DNA of 64,000 nt, taken from the NCBI GenBank assembly GCA_041671565.1, contig JBAZBH010000002.1, positions 32,000 to 95,999 on the forward strand, in the 5' to 3' direction. Shown here piece after piece: positions 46,038 to 56,255 of the stretch (position 1 is its first letter; each line of letters opens with the position of its first letter). Both the position numbers and the translations under genes were made by a program. The notes beneath the pieces are model-generated. The model did not search any database. It had not been told where the DNA came from and worked only from the letters and a program-made list of their open reading frames with translations. The stretch is from Patescibacteria group bacterium (GTDB lineage Bacteria; Patescibacteriota; Patescibacteriia; JACRDY01).

Positions 46038-47139
46038 CCACGAGTTGTTAAAACAATTAAAATCTTTAGAAACCGGCCAGCCGGACATCGAATGGGTGTC
46101 GCGGAACCGGGAGATTTTGTTATCCCAAATCCGCTCCCAGCAAGCGAAGCCAGTTGAGCTGTTTTCCCGCGCCGGCGCCAACTTCAGCTGGCAGGCGGTG
46201 CAGGTGCTTTTCCCGGTTCGGCTCGCGGTCCGCGCCGTGACGGCCGTCGGTTTGGTTATCGTCTTTCTTTTGGGCAGTTCCGTCACTTCAGCCTGGGCGG
46301 ACCGCAGTCTGCCGGGCGATCTTCTCTACAATGTTAAAATCACCACCGAGAAAGTCCAGTCCGCCATTACCACTTCAGCGGAAGATAAAACCAAGCTGGA
46401 AATGGAGTTTGCCGGCAAGCGGCTCGATGAGATCAAACGGCTGAGCGCCGAACAGCCAACTAGCGGCCGGCAGAAAGAAATCAAAAACACCCTTGCCAGC
46501 TACAAAAAAAATCTCGAGCAAGTTAATAATAATTTAGCCCAATTGGCCGGCCAGGGCAACGCGGAAAAAACGGCTGAATTGGCAACGCTGGTTAACAGCC
46601 AAACCACCGGTTATTCAAAATCACTGGCCGAGAGCGAGCAGGCGATAAAATCCCAAAGCAATGACTTTGGCCAGCAGGTCAAAGAAGTTTTGGATTTGTC
46701 TTTGGCGACAACCGATCAGGCGCTGGAAATTATGGTTGAGAAACAACAGCTCGCCGGCGCGGCGCTTTCACCGGAGGCGATCAAGCAGATTATTGGCGAA
46801 CGGATCAATAAAGCCAAAGAAAAATTAACTGCTTTAAAGCAAGAAGCGAATAATCAAGAAAACGCTTTATCAGTTATTAGCGCCAAGGCCCAGCGGCAGG
46901 CGGCTGCCACCCGTTTAGCCACCGCGCGGGAAGAATTAGCTTTAAGCGGTCAAAGTTTGGAATCAGCCCAGGCGGCTTTGGCGGGCAATGATTTAACTTC
47001 CGTTTTAAATAAATTAAAAGAGGCGAGCCAGGCGTTACGGGACGCCGAGGCGGCTTTGACTGAGCCGGTTTTGCCGGCGGTTGAGGTTGAAGGCGCGTCG
47101 GTGATAAAAGAAGTGGAGCCGGCGGAGACCTTGAAGTAG
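46030..47139 (+). CDS. putative anti-sigma factor: membrane-anchored, extracytoplasmic coiled-coil domain (DUF5667-like)
   Basis: start overlaps sigma stop (ATGAATAA coupling); single TM (AVTAVGLVIVFLLGSSVTSAWA); long Ala/Glu/Gln/Lys-rich helical ectodomain. Confidence 0.5.
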   Translation: MNNHELLKQLKSLETGQPDIEWVSRNREILLSQIRSQQAKPVELFSRAGANFSWQAVQVLFPVRLAVRAVTAVGLVIVFLLGSSVTSAWADRSLPGDLLYNVKITTEKVQSAITTSAEDKTKLEMEFAGKRLDEIKRLSAEQPTSGRQKEIKNTLASYKKNLEQVNNNLAQLAGQGNAEKTAELATLVNSQTTGYSKSLAESEQAIKSQSNDFGQQVKEVLDLSLATTDQALEIMVEKQQLAGAALSPEAIKQIIGERINKAKEKLTALKQEANNQENALSVISAKAQRQAAATRLATAREELALSGQSLESAQAALAGNDLTSVLNKLKEASQALRDAEAALTEPVLPAVEVEGASVIKEVEPAETLK

Positions 47140-47351
47140 TTAGCAAATTCTTGGTTCGCCGGCGTTTCGGCAAATAAAGAGTTTGGTGACTAGTTCACCG
47201 ATTAATGAAGCTGTGAAGACCCGCAAGGTCGATTCGCCGTCAGGCGAAGTTTTCACAATTAAAAAAATAAAAGCTATTTCGGCTCGAGGTTAGCGCATCC
47301 CAATTGGGCGGTAATCTTGACTGAAAGGCTTAATAAAGAAAAAAGGTTATT

Positions 47352-50300
47352 ATGACAAATTTAATTAAAAAAGGTTTCACTGTCTCAGTGGTGGTCGCGA
47401 CCATTTTCTGGGCGGTGGGATTAGCGGCTTTATTGCCGCTGGGCGTTTCTGCCGCGGCGGTGGAAGGCGATTTGATCAAAATGAGTGGTCTGTCGTCCGT
47501 CTACTACTATGCCAATGGCAAACGCTATGTTTTCCCGAATGAAGCCACTTACTTCTCATGGTATAGTGATTTCTCCACGGTGAAAACTCTCACCCAGGCC
47601 GAATTACAAGTGATTCCTTTGGGTTCCAATGTGTTGATGCGCGCCGGCACCAAGCTGGTGAAAATCACCACTGACCCCAAGGTTTACGCGGTCGGCCCGA
47701 ATGGCGTTCTACATCATGTCGATAGTGAAGCTCGCGCGGTTACTTTATACGGAGCCAACTGGGCTCAGCGGGTAGTTGATGTTTCCGATGCTTTCTTCAC
47801 CAACTACACCACCGGTTCGGCGCTCGCTTCCAATGTTCATCCGGAAGGCGCGTTGATCAAATACGCGGGTGCGGCTGATGTTTATTATGTGAATGCTAGC
47901 GCTCAGAAACAAAAATTGACGACTGATGCGATGACGGCTAATCGCTTGAAATTGAGCGATGTCCTCACCATCTCTGATTCGTTGGTTTATACTTCCGGCG
48001 CTGATATTACCGGCGCGGTTAACGCCATGCGGGATACTTCCCAAACTGGCGGCACCGGCGGTGTTATCACTCCGACTGTTGGTTCTTTGAATGTTGCTTT
48101 GGCTTCTGACACCCCAGGCTCGACCTCGGTGCCTTACTTGGCCAACAATGTTCCGTTTACCTATGTTAACTTGTCAGCTGGCTCCGATGGCGCCACTGTC
48201 ACGGGTGTTAAAGTCACTCGCGTTGGCCTAGGTAGCGATGCTAACTTTGGCTCCGTCAAATTGTTTTTGGACGGCGTGCAGGTTGGCAATTCCCAATCTT
48301 TGAACTCCTCTCACATTGCTTCTTTCAGCGGTTTGTCCATCAGCGTTCCGGCTAACAGCACCAAGAAATTGGTTCTCGCCGGCACGATTGCGGCTACCGG
48401 CACGGCGGTTCAGGGTCATTTGCTTGGCTTAAGTTTAGCTTCAGCTAGCGATGTCACCTCCACTGCTTCGATTGCCGGCACCTTCCCGGTGCAGGGCAAC
48501 CAGATGACTATTGCCAATGTTACCATTGGTACGGCCACCTTGGATGACGGCAGCTTGGGCACTCGCAATGACAGCAATTTGACTGTTGATACTGATGCCG
48601 CCGATGTGCGCTTCACGCAAGTGAAGATCACCGCTTCTAACGAAGATGAAAAGGTGACGCAGATCACCGCGGTTCGCAACGGCACGGCCGGCGACAGCGA
48701 TGTCAAAGATATCAAGCTTTATGATGACACCCACGGCGTGCTTTTGGGCACCGTCGCTGGTTTAACCAATGGCAGAGCGGTTTTCAGTAACCTCAATGTC
48801 TTGGTGAAGAAAGGCGAATTCGTGGAATTGTCAATTAAGGCTTCCTTAAATGGCGGCGCTGGCCGCACTTTGACTTTTGACCTGCATGATGGTGTGGCTT
48901 ACACCATGATGATTGTTGGTCAATCTTATGGCTTTGGTATTACCCCGACCGCTGGCACTTTCACCAGCTTAATGACAGCTCAGGGCATTAACCAAGGTTA
49001 TTTGACCATTAACAAGAGCGCGCTTACTCCGGCGACTGGCAACATTCCGCTCGGTGGCTCTGCGGTCACCTTAGCCGCTTTTGACTATAAAGCGGTAGGT
49101 GAGCCGATCAATGTTACTTCTACTCAGTTGACCTTTACTCCAGCTAATAGCCAATCCGCTACTACCGGTCGGGCAGCTGACTACACCAACATTGGTTTGT
49201 ATGACGCTAACGGCGTCCTGGTGGCTGGCACCAAAGATGGTGCTACCACCACCGTTAATACTGCCGAAACCTTTACCTTTACTGACGCTTATACAGTTCC
49301 GGCCGGCACTTCGGTTTATTATGTTAAAGCCAATATTTCTTCTTCGGTTTTGGCCGCAGAAAAAATAACGGTTTCCATGCCGGCTAACACGATTACTGCT
49401 AAGGGCGGCAATTCCGGCAAAACCACTTATACCACTTCAGCTGTCGGCGTTACCCCTCCGTCTGGAGCGGTATCGGCCAACCAAATGACGATTTTGGGCG
49501 GCGCTTTGGTGGTGGTGACGGCGGCGACTCCGGTCGCGGCCTCGGTCGTGGCCAACGCACAGGATCAAACTTTCGCTTACTTTGATCTGAACGCGACTGG
49601 CGGCGGCGAAGACGCGAAAATTTCCAGCGTGATAGTGACTGACACTTTGGGCAACAGCGCGGCTTATGCCGACTTGCTCAACTTGGAACTTTGGGGCGAC
49701 CCGGATAATTCTGACAGCGATGTTCAGAATATCGCGTTGGCCACCTCCAATGCCACAGCCACGAACGCCAACACGGTTACCTTCACCTTTATGACTCCGC
49801 TTCGGGTGAGTCATTCTTCAATCTCTCGCTTAACCTTAAAGGCTGATGTGGCCTCGGCCCCGGCGGATACGACTACTGCGGTGGGCACCCACACCTTTAA
49901 GATTGATGATTCGCCGGATGTTGTCGCCACTGGCTGGACTACCGGTCAGACGATTGGTGAAACTTACTCCGGTACGGGTCAAGCCATGGGCACGCAGGCG
50001 GCTGGTTTGTTGAAGGTTACTCCTTCAGCGGATATGGCGGCCGCGGCTCAGTATGTTGCCGGCACGACTGGCAATGCGATGATGTCTTACAAATTTGAGG
50101 CTTCATATGAAGATGTCTCAGTGACTTCCCTGTATATTGCCACCACCAGCGCGACTGCCAGCGCTAATGTGGCTCGGGTGAAGTTATACCTCAATGGCAC
50201 TCAGATCGGCGCCGCCAGCGGTTACACGCTGAACGCCGGTGGTGATGCTAATGTCGTCTTTGGCGCGACGGAATTCGTGGTGCCGAAAGACGGTTATGCC

Positions 50301-51050
50301 ACTTTGGCCATTAAGGTTGATTTGGCTGACAAGACTCAGTTGACTGATGCCGCGACCCTCGAAATCGGGTTGGGCGATGTCAACGGCGATGATTCTACTT
50401 GGACCACTCAAAACGGCACCGCGGTGGCTGGCAGTTACCAGATCGTCGCGACCGGTAAGTCTTCCGGTAGTGTTATTACTGAAGCTAATATCGACACTTT
50501 GGGCACTGGCGCCGGTAACATTTCAGCTTCCAAAATCATGTACCTCTATGATGGCGTGTTGACTGTTTCTTTGAACAGCGCCTCGCCTTCTGGCACGGCC
50601 ACTGCTGGCACTGCCAAAGAGGTCTTGCGTTTGAACCTGACTGCGACCGGTGACACCATTACGGTTGTCAACTTGGAAATCGCTAAGGGCGGCACTTGTA
50701 CCGTCACTGGTACGACAGCGGCTTACTTGAAGAGCGCTGACCTCGCCACCACTTATGCGACTTTCGCGGCTGGCACTGCTTGGTTAAATAACGCTCACCT
50801 TGATGTTCTCACCCATGATTCCGACGGCGCGTTTGATACCGCCTTGGAAATCGCTCCGGGTGAAACTAAGACCATTGTCTTGATCGGCGATGATGCGGCT
50901 TGCACCACTGCTAATCAGACTTTGCAATTCACGGTCGGCGGCGTTACCCACACCACTTCCGGCGTCTCTTGGAAGAATGCTTCCGCCAATACGGTGGATG
51001 CCGCTTTGACCAAGAACTTGCCGGTGGCTGGCGGTTCGCTAGTCTTCTAA
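47352..51050 (+). CDS. giant (1232 aa) secreted cell-surface protein, Thr/Ala/Gly/Val/Ser-rich, beta-rich repeat domains (S-layer/adhesin-like)
   Basis: signal peptide (FWAVGLAALLPLGVSAAA); N-terminal triplicated ~50-aa module shared with 52368..53840; very low charged-residue content; intrinsic terminator downstream. Confidence 0.5.
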   Translation: MTNLIKKGFTVSVVVATIFWAVGLAALLPLGVSAAAVEGDLIKMSGLSSVYYYANGKRYVFPNEATYFSWYSDFSTVKTLTQAELQVIPLGSNVLMRAGTKLVKITTDPKVYAVGPNGVLHHVDSEARAVTLYGANWAQRVVDVSDAFFTNYTTGSALASNVHPEGALIKYAGAADVYYVNASAQKQKLTTDAMTANRLKLSDVLTISDSLVYTSGADITGAVNAMRDTSQTGGTGGVITPTVGSLNVALASDTPGSTSVPYLANNVPFTYVNLSAGSDGATVTGVKVTRVGLGSDANFGSVKLFLDGVQVGNSQSLNSSHIASFSGLSISVPANSTKKLVLAGTIAATGTAVQGHLLGLSLASASDVTSTASIAGTFPVQGNQMTIANVTIGTATLDDGSLGTRNDSNLTVDTDAADVRFTQVKITASNEDEKVTQITAVRNGTAGDSDVKDIKLYDDTHGVLLGTVAGLTNGRAVFSNLNVLVKKGEFVELSIKASLNGGAGRTLTFDLHDGVAYTMMIVGQSYGFGITPTAGTFTSLMTAQGINQGYLTINKSALTPATGNIPLGGSAVTLAAFDYKAVGEPINVTSTQLTFTPANSQSATTGRAADYTNIGLYDANGVLVAGTKDGATTTVNTAETFTFTDAYTVPAGTSVYYVKANISSSVLAAEKITVSMPANTITAKGGNSGKTTYTTSAVGVTPPSGAVSANQMTILGGALVVVTAATPVAASVVANAQDQTFAYFDLNATGGGEDAKISSVIVTDTLGNSAAYADLLNLELWGDPDNSDSDVQNIALATSNATATNANTVTFTFMTPLRVSHSSISRLTLKADVASAPADTTTAVGTHTFKIDDSPDVVATGWTTGQTIGETYSGTGQAMGTQAAGLLKVTPSADMAAAAQYVAGTTGNAMMSYKFEASYEDVSVTSLYIATTSATASANVARVKLYLNGTQIGAASGYTLNAGGDANVVFGATEFVVPKDGYATLAIKVDLADKTQLTDAATLEIGLGDVNGDDSTWTTQNGTAVAGSYQIVATGKSSGSVITEANIDTLGTGAGNISASKIMYLYDGVLTVSLNSASPSGTATAGTAKEVLRLNLTATGDTITVVNLEIAKGGTCTVTGTTAAYLKSADLATTYATFAAGTAWLNNAHLDVLTHDSDGAFDTALEIAPGETKTIVLIGDDAACTTANQTLQFTVGGVTHTTSGVSWKNASANTVDAALTKNLPVAGGSLVF

Positions 51051-51098
51051 AGTTCGGTACCAAGTTCGTCAGCGTCTTGTTTAGTCAAGCTGACAAAA

Positions 51099-51127
51099 AC
51101 CACCCGGCATGTGCTGGGTGGTTTTTA
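51099..51127 (+). terminator. rho-independent terminator
   Basis: cacccggc-atgt-gctgggtg stem followed by gtttttatttggg. Confidence 0.75.
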
Positions 51128-51159
51128 TTTGGGAGAAATTAGGCGTTGGCGTTTGATGT

Positions 51160-51375
51160 TTAAACCAAAAGCCAGGGCTAGAAGTTCAAAGCTTAAAATC
51201 CAAAGTTCAAATCAAGTTCAAAAATCAAATGCTATTCTTGGCTAACCGTGAAGCCACCTTTTGGCATTTGAACTTGATTTGAACTTTGAATCTTTGGATT
51301 TTGAACTTCTAACCATGGTTGAGAGTTTCAACGCCGATTATTGACATTCTTGAATCCTAAATCTTAAATCTATCT
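51160..51375. repeat. nested palindromic element (ttcaaag inner, gatttaa-type outer right arm)
   Basis: aagttcaaagcttaaaatccaaagttcaaatcaagttcaaaaatcaaatg ... tttgaacttgatttgaactttgaatctttggattttgaac ... cattcttgaatcctaaatcttaaatc. Confidence 0.8.
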
Positions 51376-51446
51376 TCAGTCTAGACAAACCCCCTTTTAT
51401 TTTGTAGAATAGGAAGTGCTAATAAAGTTAATTAGTAAGCCCAATT

Positions 51447-52112
51447 ATGTCAGAAATCATTAAAAAACGCTGGCCGCTTATTTTAGTAGGGGTGTTTTTT
51501 ATTGTTTTAATTGGCACTTTTGTCTGGAAATCCAATATTAAAGAGACGGAAGTGGACTGGGTTTCAACTGATAAATTAACTTTGACTGAGACAGAAAAAG
51601 CCAAATACGAAGAAACCGTGGTTAAACTGGAGCAAAACCAAAAAGACCCGGAAGCGCTGGTTAATCTCGCGCGCCTGCGGAACTATGGCGGCGATCTGGA
51701 GGGCGCGATTAAGATTTATTTGGAAGCCTTAAAACTCCGGCCGAATGACACGCTGATTCTCAACAACTTGGGCGACGCTTATTACTCACTCGGCGACTAC
51801 AAAAAGTCCGAAGAAATGTATCTCAAAATTATTGAAAATAATCCCAAGTGGATTAGCGCTTACCGCGAATTGGTTAACATTTATCATTATAAGCTGAAAG
51901 ACAAATATACCACCGTGCCGGCGCTTTTGGAACGCGGGCTGTCCGCCGACCCAGGGTCAAGCGAAGATTTTTACGCTCTGCTTGGGATTTATTATGAAGA
52001 TGTCGGCGATATCGCCAATGCCATTCTGTATTATGAAAAAGTTTTGGCGATTAACCCGCAGAATATCGGCGCGCGGTCGGCTTTGGACGCTCTCCGGCCG
52101 GTCAAGTTTTAA
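51447..52112 (+). CDS. TPR-repeat protein with N-terminal TM anchor
   Basis: several 34-aa TPR units (e.g. LGDAYYSLGDYKKSEEMYLKIIENNPKWISAYRE). Confidence 0.75.
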   Translation: MSEIIKKRWPLILVGVFFIVLIGTFVWKSNIKETEVDWVSTDKLTLTETEKAKYEETVVKLEQNQKDPEALVNLARLRNYGGDLEGAIKIYLEALKLRPNDTLILNNLGDAYYSLGDYKKSEEMYLKIIENNPKWISAYRELVNIYHYKLKDKYTTVPALLERGLSADPGSSEDFYALLGIYYEDVGDIANAILYYEKVLAINPQNIGARSALDALRPVKF

Positions 52113-52159
52113 TCATCACCAGTTGGGTCGGTTATCCGCGGTTCGTTAATGATTGAAGT

Positions 52160-52300
52160 TTTTCTTATTAACCATGCGGCTGAATAGCGATGCGAATGCT
52201 ACAAATTACATGCGAATACTACAAATGATACGAATTTACTGGTCTTTATTCGTTGCATTCGTATGTAATTCGTAGCATTCGCATCGCTTCCAATCGGGTA
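52160..52300. repeat. palindromic element 'gcgatgcgaatgctacaaatt' (full copy)
   Basis: gaatagcgatgcgaatgctacaaattacatgcgaatactacaaatgatacgaatttactgg ... cgttgcattcgtatgtaattcgtagcattcgcatcgcttccaatc. Confidence 0.8.
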
Positions 52301-52367
52301 AAGAAAATGAATCCCGTGGATTATAAATAATTGTCAATAAATAATCAGCGTGAACTAAAACAAAAAT

Positions 52368-53840
52368 ATGAAAAAGCTTTATTTTGGACTGGCGGCGCTA
52401 CTCAGCTTTTTGGCAGTCAGCCCGGCATTGGGGGCGACTGGCGTTTTGAATAACGAAGTAACAACGGACTATTATTATCCGGGCACTTGGAATAATCTGG
52501 CGCTGGATTTTACCCTGCAGCACCAAAGCGGGGCGACTGGCGAGGCCGACACGCTGAATACTTTAACCGTCAAAAATAACGGCGCGGCGCGAAACGGCTT
52601 TGAAATTACGGCCGTGAAACTGTGGGCCGACGGCGGTTTACCGGGCTGGCAGGGCTGGGGAGTTGACCAAGAAGTCGCGACCGGCAGTTTTTTTAATGAC
52701 AGCTGGTATTTCAACGGTTTGCGCCTGGCAATACCGGCGGGCGGACAGCGGCTGTTTATCACCGTGGATATCAAAAACTACATTGAAGCGAGAAAAACCG
52801 TCCAACTTTATCTGCCGGCTTTAAATGATGATAACAGTAACAGCGTTTATGATTTGGGTGAAACCGGGATTTTTATGACTTCCGGGGTCAATGGCCCGGC
52901 CTTGCCGGTTTTTAATACGGAAACTTCGGCGGTCAGTACTACCATTACCGATTTATGGGCGCCGCAGGCGATCATTACCAACTTAACCGAGCAGCAAAGT
53001 TTAACGGTGGCGGCTGGCGGCAATTATTTGATTACCGGCGAGGCGCGCGACCAAGGCCGCGGCCACACCGCCTCAGTCAGCCTGGGGATTGGCGCGAGCG
53101 AGGCCAGCCTGGTTTGGGGCGAGGCGGTTAATACCGGGGTGGATTTCTCCACTTGGAGTTATGATTGGCAAAAGATTGAGGCTGGCAGTTATATTATTAA
53201 AATTAAAAGTAGCGACGACAGCCATAACCTTTCAGCCGAGAGCTCCGGTTTAACGGTTAAAATGCCGGCTGTTGAGGCGCCGATCGTGGCGGTAACTTTG
53301 GCTGACGGCGTTCTCGCCCAGACAACCGTTGGCGGTTCAATCTACTTGATCAAAGGCGGCCAGAAGTGCTTGATTGCCAGTGACGCGATTTTTAATTCCT
53401 GGGGTTATGATCAGGCTAAAGTGGTGACAGTTGATTTGAACGCTTACGCCGATGGCGAGCCGGTGAAATTCCGCGACGGTTATCTGATCAAAGGCGCGGA
53501 CGCCAAGGTTTTCGTCGTCAGCGAGGGCGGCAAGCGCTGGATTGGCGATGGCGCGGTTTTTGAGGGCCTTGGTTACCGATGGAATAAGATTAATTTGGTC
53601 ACCGAAGCGCAGTTGGCCACTTATCCGGCGGGCGCCGATATTACCAAGGCTTACATTCATCCGGCCGGCACGCTGATTAAATACGCCACCTATCCCGAGG
53701 TGTTTCTCTTGACAGCGGACGGGAAGCGACGGCATATTGCCAATGAAACGACATATTTAGGTCTCGGCTATCACTGGGATAATATTATCACGGTGCCGGA
53801 CTGGGAGTATTATCCGGACGGGGCGGAAATCACGCTCTAG
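52368..53840 (+). CDS. secreted hypothetical protein with C-terminal triplicated ~45-50 aa module
   Basis: signal peptide (LAALLSFLAVSPALGA); C-terminal repeats IYLIKGGQKCLIASDAIFNSWGYDQAKVVTV / VFVVSEGGKRWIGDGAVFEGLGYRWNKINLV / VFLLTADGKRRHIANETTYLGLGYHWDNIITV. Confidence 0.5.
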   Translation: MKKLYFGLAALLSFLAVSPALGATGVLNNEVTTDYYYPGTWNNLALDFTLQHQSGATGEADTLNTLTVKNNGAARNGFEITAVKLWADGGLPGWQGWGVDQEVATGSFFNDSWYFNGLRLAIPAGGQRLFITVDIKNYIEARKTVQLYLPALNDDNSNSVYDLGETGIFMTSGVNGPALPVFNTETSAVSTTITDLWAPQAIITNLTEQQSLTVAAGGNYLITGEARDQGRGHTASVSLGIGASEASLVWGEAVNTGVDFSTWSYDWQKIEAGSYIIKIKSSDDSHNLSAESSGLTVKMPAVEAPIVAVTLADGVLAQTTVGGSIYLIKGGQKCLIASDAIFNSWGYDQAKVVTVDLNAYADGEPVKFRDGYLIKGADAKVFVVSEGGKRWIGDGAVFEGLGYRWNKINLVTEAQLATYPAGADITKAYIHPAGTLIKYATYPEVFLLTADGKRRHIANETTYLGLGYHWDNIITVPDWEYYPDGAEITL

Positions 53841-53876
53841 TTTGGCGGACGGTTTAATTTAGCCAATTTTTACTAA

Positions 53877-53897
53877 GGCCCCCGAAAGGGGGTTTTT
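53877..53897 (+). terminator. rho-independent terminator
   Basis: ccccc-gaaa-ggggg stem followed by ttttt. Confidence 0.8.
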
Positions 53898-53899
53898 AG

Positions 53900-54130
53900 G
53901 GAGATTTAAGATTTAGGATTTAAGAATAAATGCCCAATGACCAAGCTCCAATGACCAATCAATGTCCAATGACCAATGTCCAATTACCGACTTTTGGCAT
54001 TTGAGCTTGATTGGACATTGGGATTTGGTTATTGGACATTTTAACCGCTGTAAGAAGTTTAAACACTAATTATCGACATTCTTAAATCTTAAATCCTAAA
54101 TCTTAAATCTGTCTCTCCCTCCCCTTGGAC
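53900..54130. repeat. nested palindromic element (gatttaa outer / aatgtccaat inner)
   Basis: gagatttaagatttaggatttaagaataaatgcccaatgaccaagctccaatgaccaatcaatgtccaatgaccaatgtccaattacc ... ttgattggacattgggatttggttattggacatt ... cattcttaaatcttaaatcctaaatcttaaatc. Confidence 0.85.
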
Positions 54131-54162
54131 TTTTCCCCAAATTTAAGCTAAAATAACGCTAT

Positions 54163-56244
54163 ATGTTTAACCGCCAACCTAAGAAAATCACCGTCTTCGC
54201 CTTAATTTTTTTGTTTGTTTTTGGCCTAATCAGTCCGGCGCTCGCGCTCAAGCCTGATGACCCGGATTATTTTCTCGAGTGGCAGATAGAGAAGATGAGT
54301 TTGCCCCTAGCTTGGGATTATACGACCGGTTCGCCGGCAGTGGTGGTGGCGGTACTGGATACCGGCGTGGATGTTAAACACCCGGATTTGGCGGACAATA
54401 TCTGGGTTAATACCGGCGAAATTCCGGGCGACGGCATTGATAATGACGGCAACGGGTATATTGATGATGTTAACGGTTATGATTTTGTAGATGAAGACGC
54501 TAATCCGGCGCCGGATTTTTCTAAAGGGTATAACCCGCTGGCGCTGAGTCACGGCACGATGGTGGCCGGCTTGATCGGCGGGGTGGGTAACAATCTGCGT
54601 GGCCTGGCGGGTGTGGCCTGGCAAGCAAAAATCATGCCGCTGCGGATTTTGGACAACTGGGGCATGGCGTCCGTGCCGCCGACCTTGGCAGCGGTGCAAT
54701 ACGCGATTGATAACGGCGCCGAGGTGATTAATTTAAGCTTTCAGGGTGAATTTCCGCTTTTAGAGTTTCAACAGATTTTAGAAAAAGCCTACCGCGCCGG
54801 TGTGGTGATTGTGGCGGCGGCCGGCAACGGCAATCACGGGGTTAATGGTTTTGACTTGGATCAGACGGAGTTTTACCCGGTTTGCTATCAAACGGCCGAT
54901 GGGCAAAATATGATTATTGGCGTGGGCGCCACCAATCAGGCTGATGAGCGGTCGGACTTTTCCAATTACGGCAAGTGTGTGGACATTATGGCGCCGGGCG
55001 AAGAAATTTATTCCACCGAAGCCTACCGCGGCCCGAACACTGATTTAGAAACTTATTACGGCGGCGACTGGCGGGGGACATCTTCGGCCGCGCCACTGGT
55101 TTCCGGCGTGGCGGCTTTGATTAAGTCGATCAACCAGAATTTTTCGCCGGATCAAATACTTAATTTTATCACTACTACCGCCGATCCTTTGGGTTATGAT
55201 TATAGTAGCACCCGCTATGCCGGCAAATTGGGAGCCGGCCGGGTTAATGCCGGCGCGGCGGTGAAAGCCGCGGCCGAGTATAGCCGCGGCCACGCCGAGG
55301 AATTAGCCTGGCAGGCGGCGGGTTGGCCGCGGGCTTATGTTACCCCTGGGTTAGTGGTAGCGCCGATTGGCGCCGGAGCGCCGGAAGTGCGGGTGTTAAC
55401 TAATTTGGGTGTGGTAAAAAATAAATTTTTGGCTTATGAAACTGATTGGCGGGGCGGCGTTAATTTAGCCTTAGGCGACTTCAACCAGGACGGCAAAAAA
55501 GAAATCGTCACAGCGCCGGGCGCGGGCCACGAGCCGGCAGTGCGGATTTTCAGTCAGACGGGTACGCCGTTAACCGAGTTTTTGGCTTATGACGCCACTT
55601 ACCGCGGCGGCGTTAAAGTCGCCGTCAAAGACATTGACGCTGACGGCCAGGCGGAAATCGTGACCGCGCCGCAAACTGCCGGCAAAGAAGCGGTTAAAAT
55701 CTTTACCCAGAAAGGAGAAGTCAAATATCAAATTAAAATTAATTCCAAGAATTTTGTCGGCGGAGTTAATCTCGCTCTCGGCGATTTAGATTTAGACGGC
55801 AAGGCAGAAATTGTGCTCTCGTCGGCTAAAGGCGGCGCGGGAGCGGTTCAAATTTGGACTTATCAGGGCAAGCTAATGCGGCAGTTTAGCGTGGCGGACA
55901 AGAAATTCACCGGCGGTCTCAGTTTGGCTGTTGGCGATATTGACGGCGACAGCCGGCCGGAGATTATTACCGCGCCGGAAAGCGGCGCTGAACCGCGGGT
56001 CAAAATTTTCAACCAAGAAGGTAAGTTGAAGAAAGATTTTCTAGTTGGCGAGAAGGCCTATCTGGGTGGGCTAACTTTGGCAACGGGCGATTATAACGGC
56101 GATGGCTGGTTAGACCTGGCGGCGAGCCAAGCGAGCGGCGATCCGGTAGTTAATTTAGTCAACGGCCTTGGCCAAATTGAAGCCAATTTTAGCGTTTTTA
56201 GTCAAGGTTATACGGGTGGAGTAAATGTTGCTATAATAGATTAA
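54163..56244 (+). CDS. subtilisin-like (S8) serine peptidase fused to C-terminal FG-GAP repeat propeller
   Basis: signal peptide; catalytic motifs VAVLDTGVD (Asp), HGTMVAGLIGG (His), GTSSAAPLVSGVAALI (Ser); C-terminal repeats GDFNQDGKKEIVTAPGAG, DIDADGQAEIVTAP, GDLDLDGKAEIV, GDIDGDSRPEIITAP, GDYNGDGWLDL. Confidence 0.88.
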   Translation: MFNRQPKKITVFALIFLFVFGLISPALALKPDDPDYFLEWQIEKMSLPLAWDYTTGSPAVVVAVLDTGVDVKHPDLADNIWVNTGEIPGDGIDNDGNGYIDDVNGYDFVDEDANPAPDFSKGYNPLALSHGTMVAGLIGGVGNNLRGLAGVAWQAKIMPLRILDNWGMASVPPTLAAVQYAIDNGAEVINLSFQGEFPLLEFQQILEKAYRAGVVIVAAAGNGNHGVNGFDLDQTEFYPVCYQTADGQNMIIGVGATNQADERSDFSNYGKCVDIMAPGEEIYSTEAYRGPNTDLETYYGGDWRGTSSAAPLVSGVAALIKSINQNFSPDQILNFITTTADPLGYDYSSTRYAGKLGAGRVNAGAAVKAAAEYSRGHAEELAWQAAGWPRAYVTPGLVVAPIGAGAPEVRVLTNLGVVKNKFLAYETDWRGGVNLALGDFNQDGKKEIVTAPGAGHEPAVRIFSQTGTPLTEFLAYDATYRGGVKVAVKDIDADGQAEIVTAPQTAGKEAVKIFTQKGEVKYQIKINSKNFVGGVNLALGDLDLDGKAEIVLSSAKGGAGAVQIWTYQGKLMRQFSVADKKFTGGLSLAVGDIDGDSRPEIITAPESGAEPRVKIFNQEGKLKKDFLVGEKAYLGGLTLATGDYNGDGWLDLAASQASGDPVVNLVNGLGQIEANFSVFSQGYTGGVNVAIID

Positions 56245-56255
56245 GCCTTAAACTT

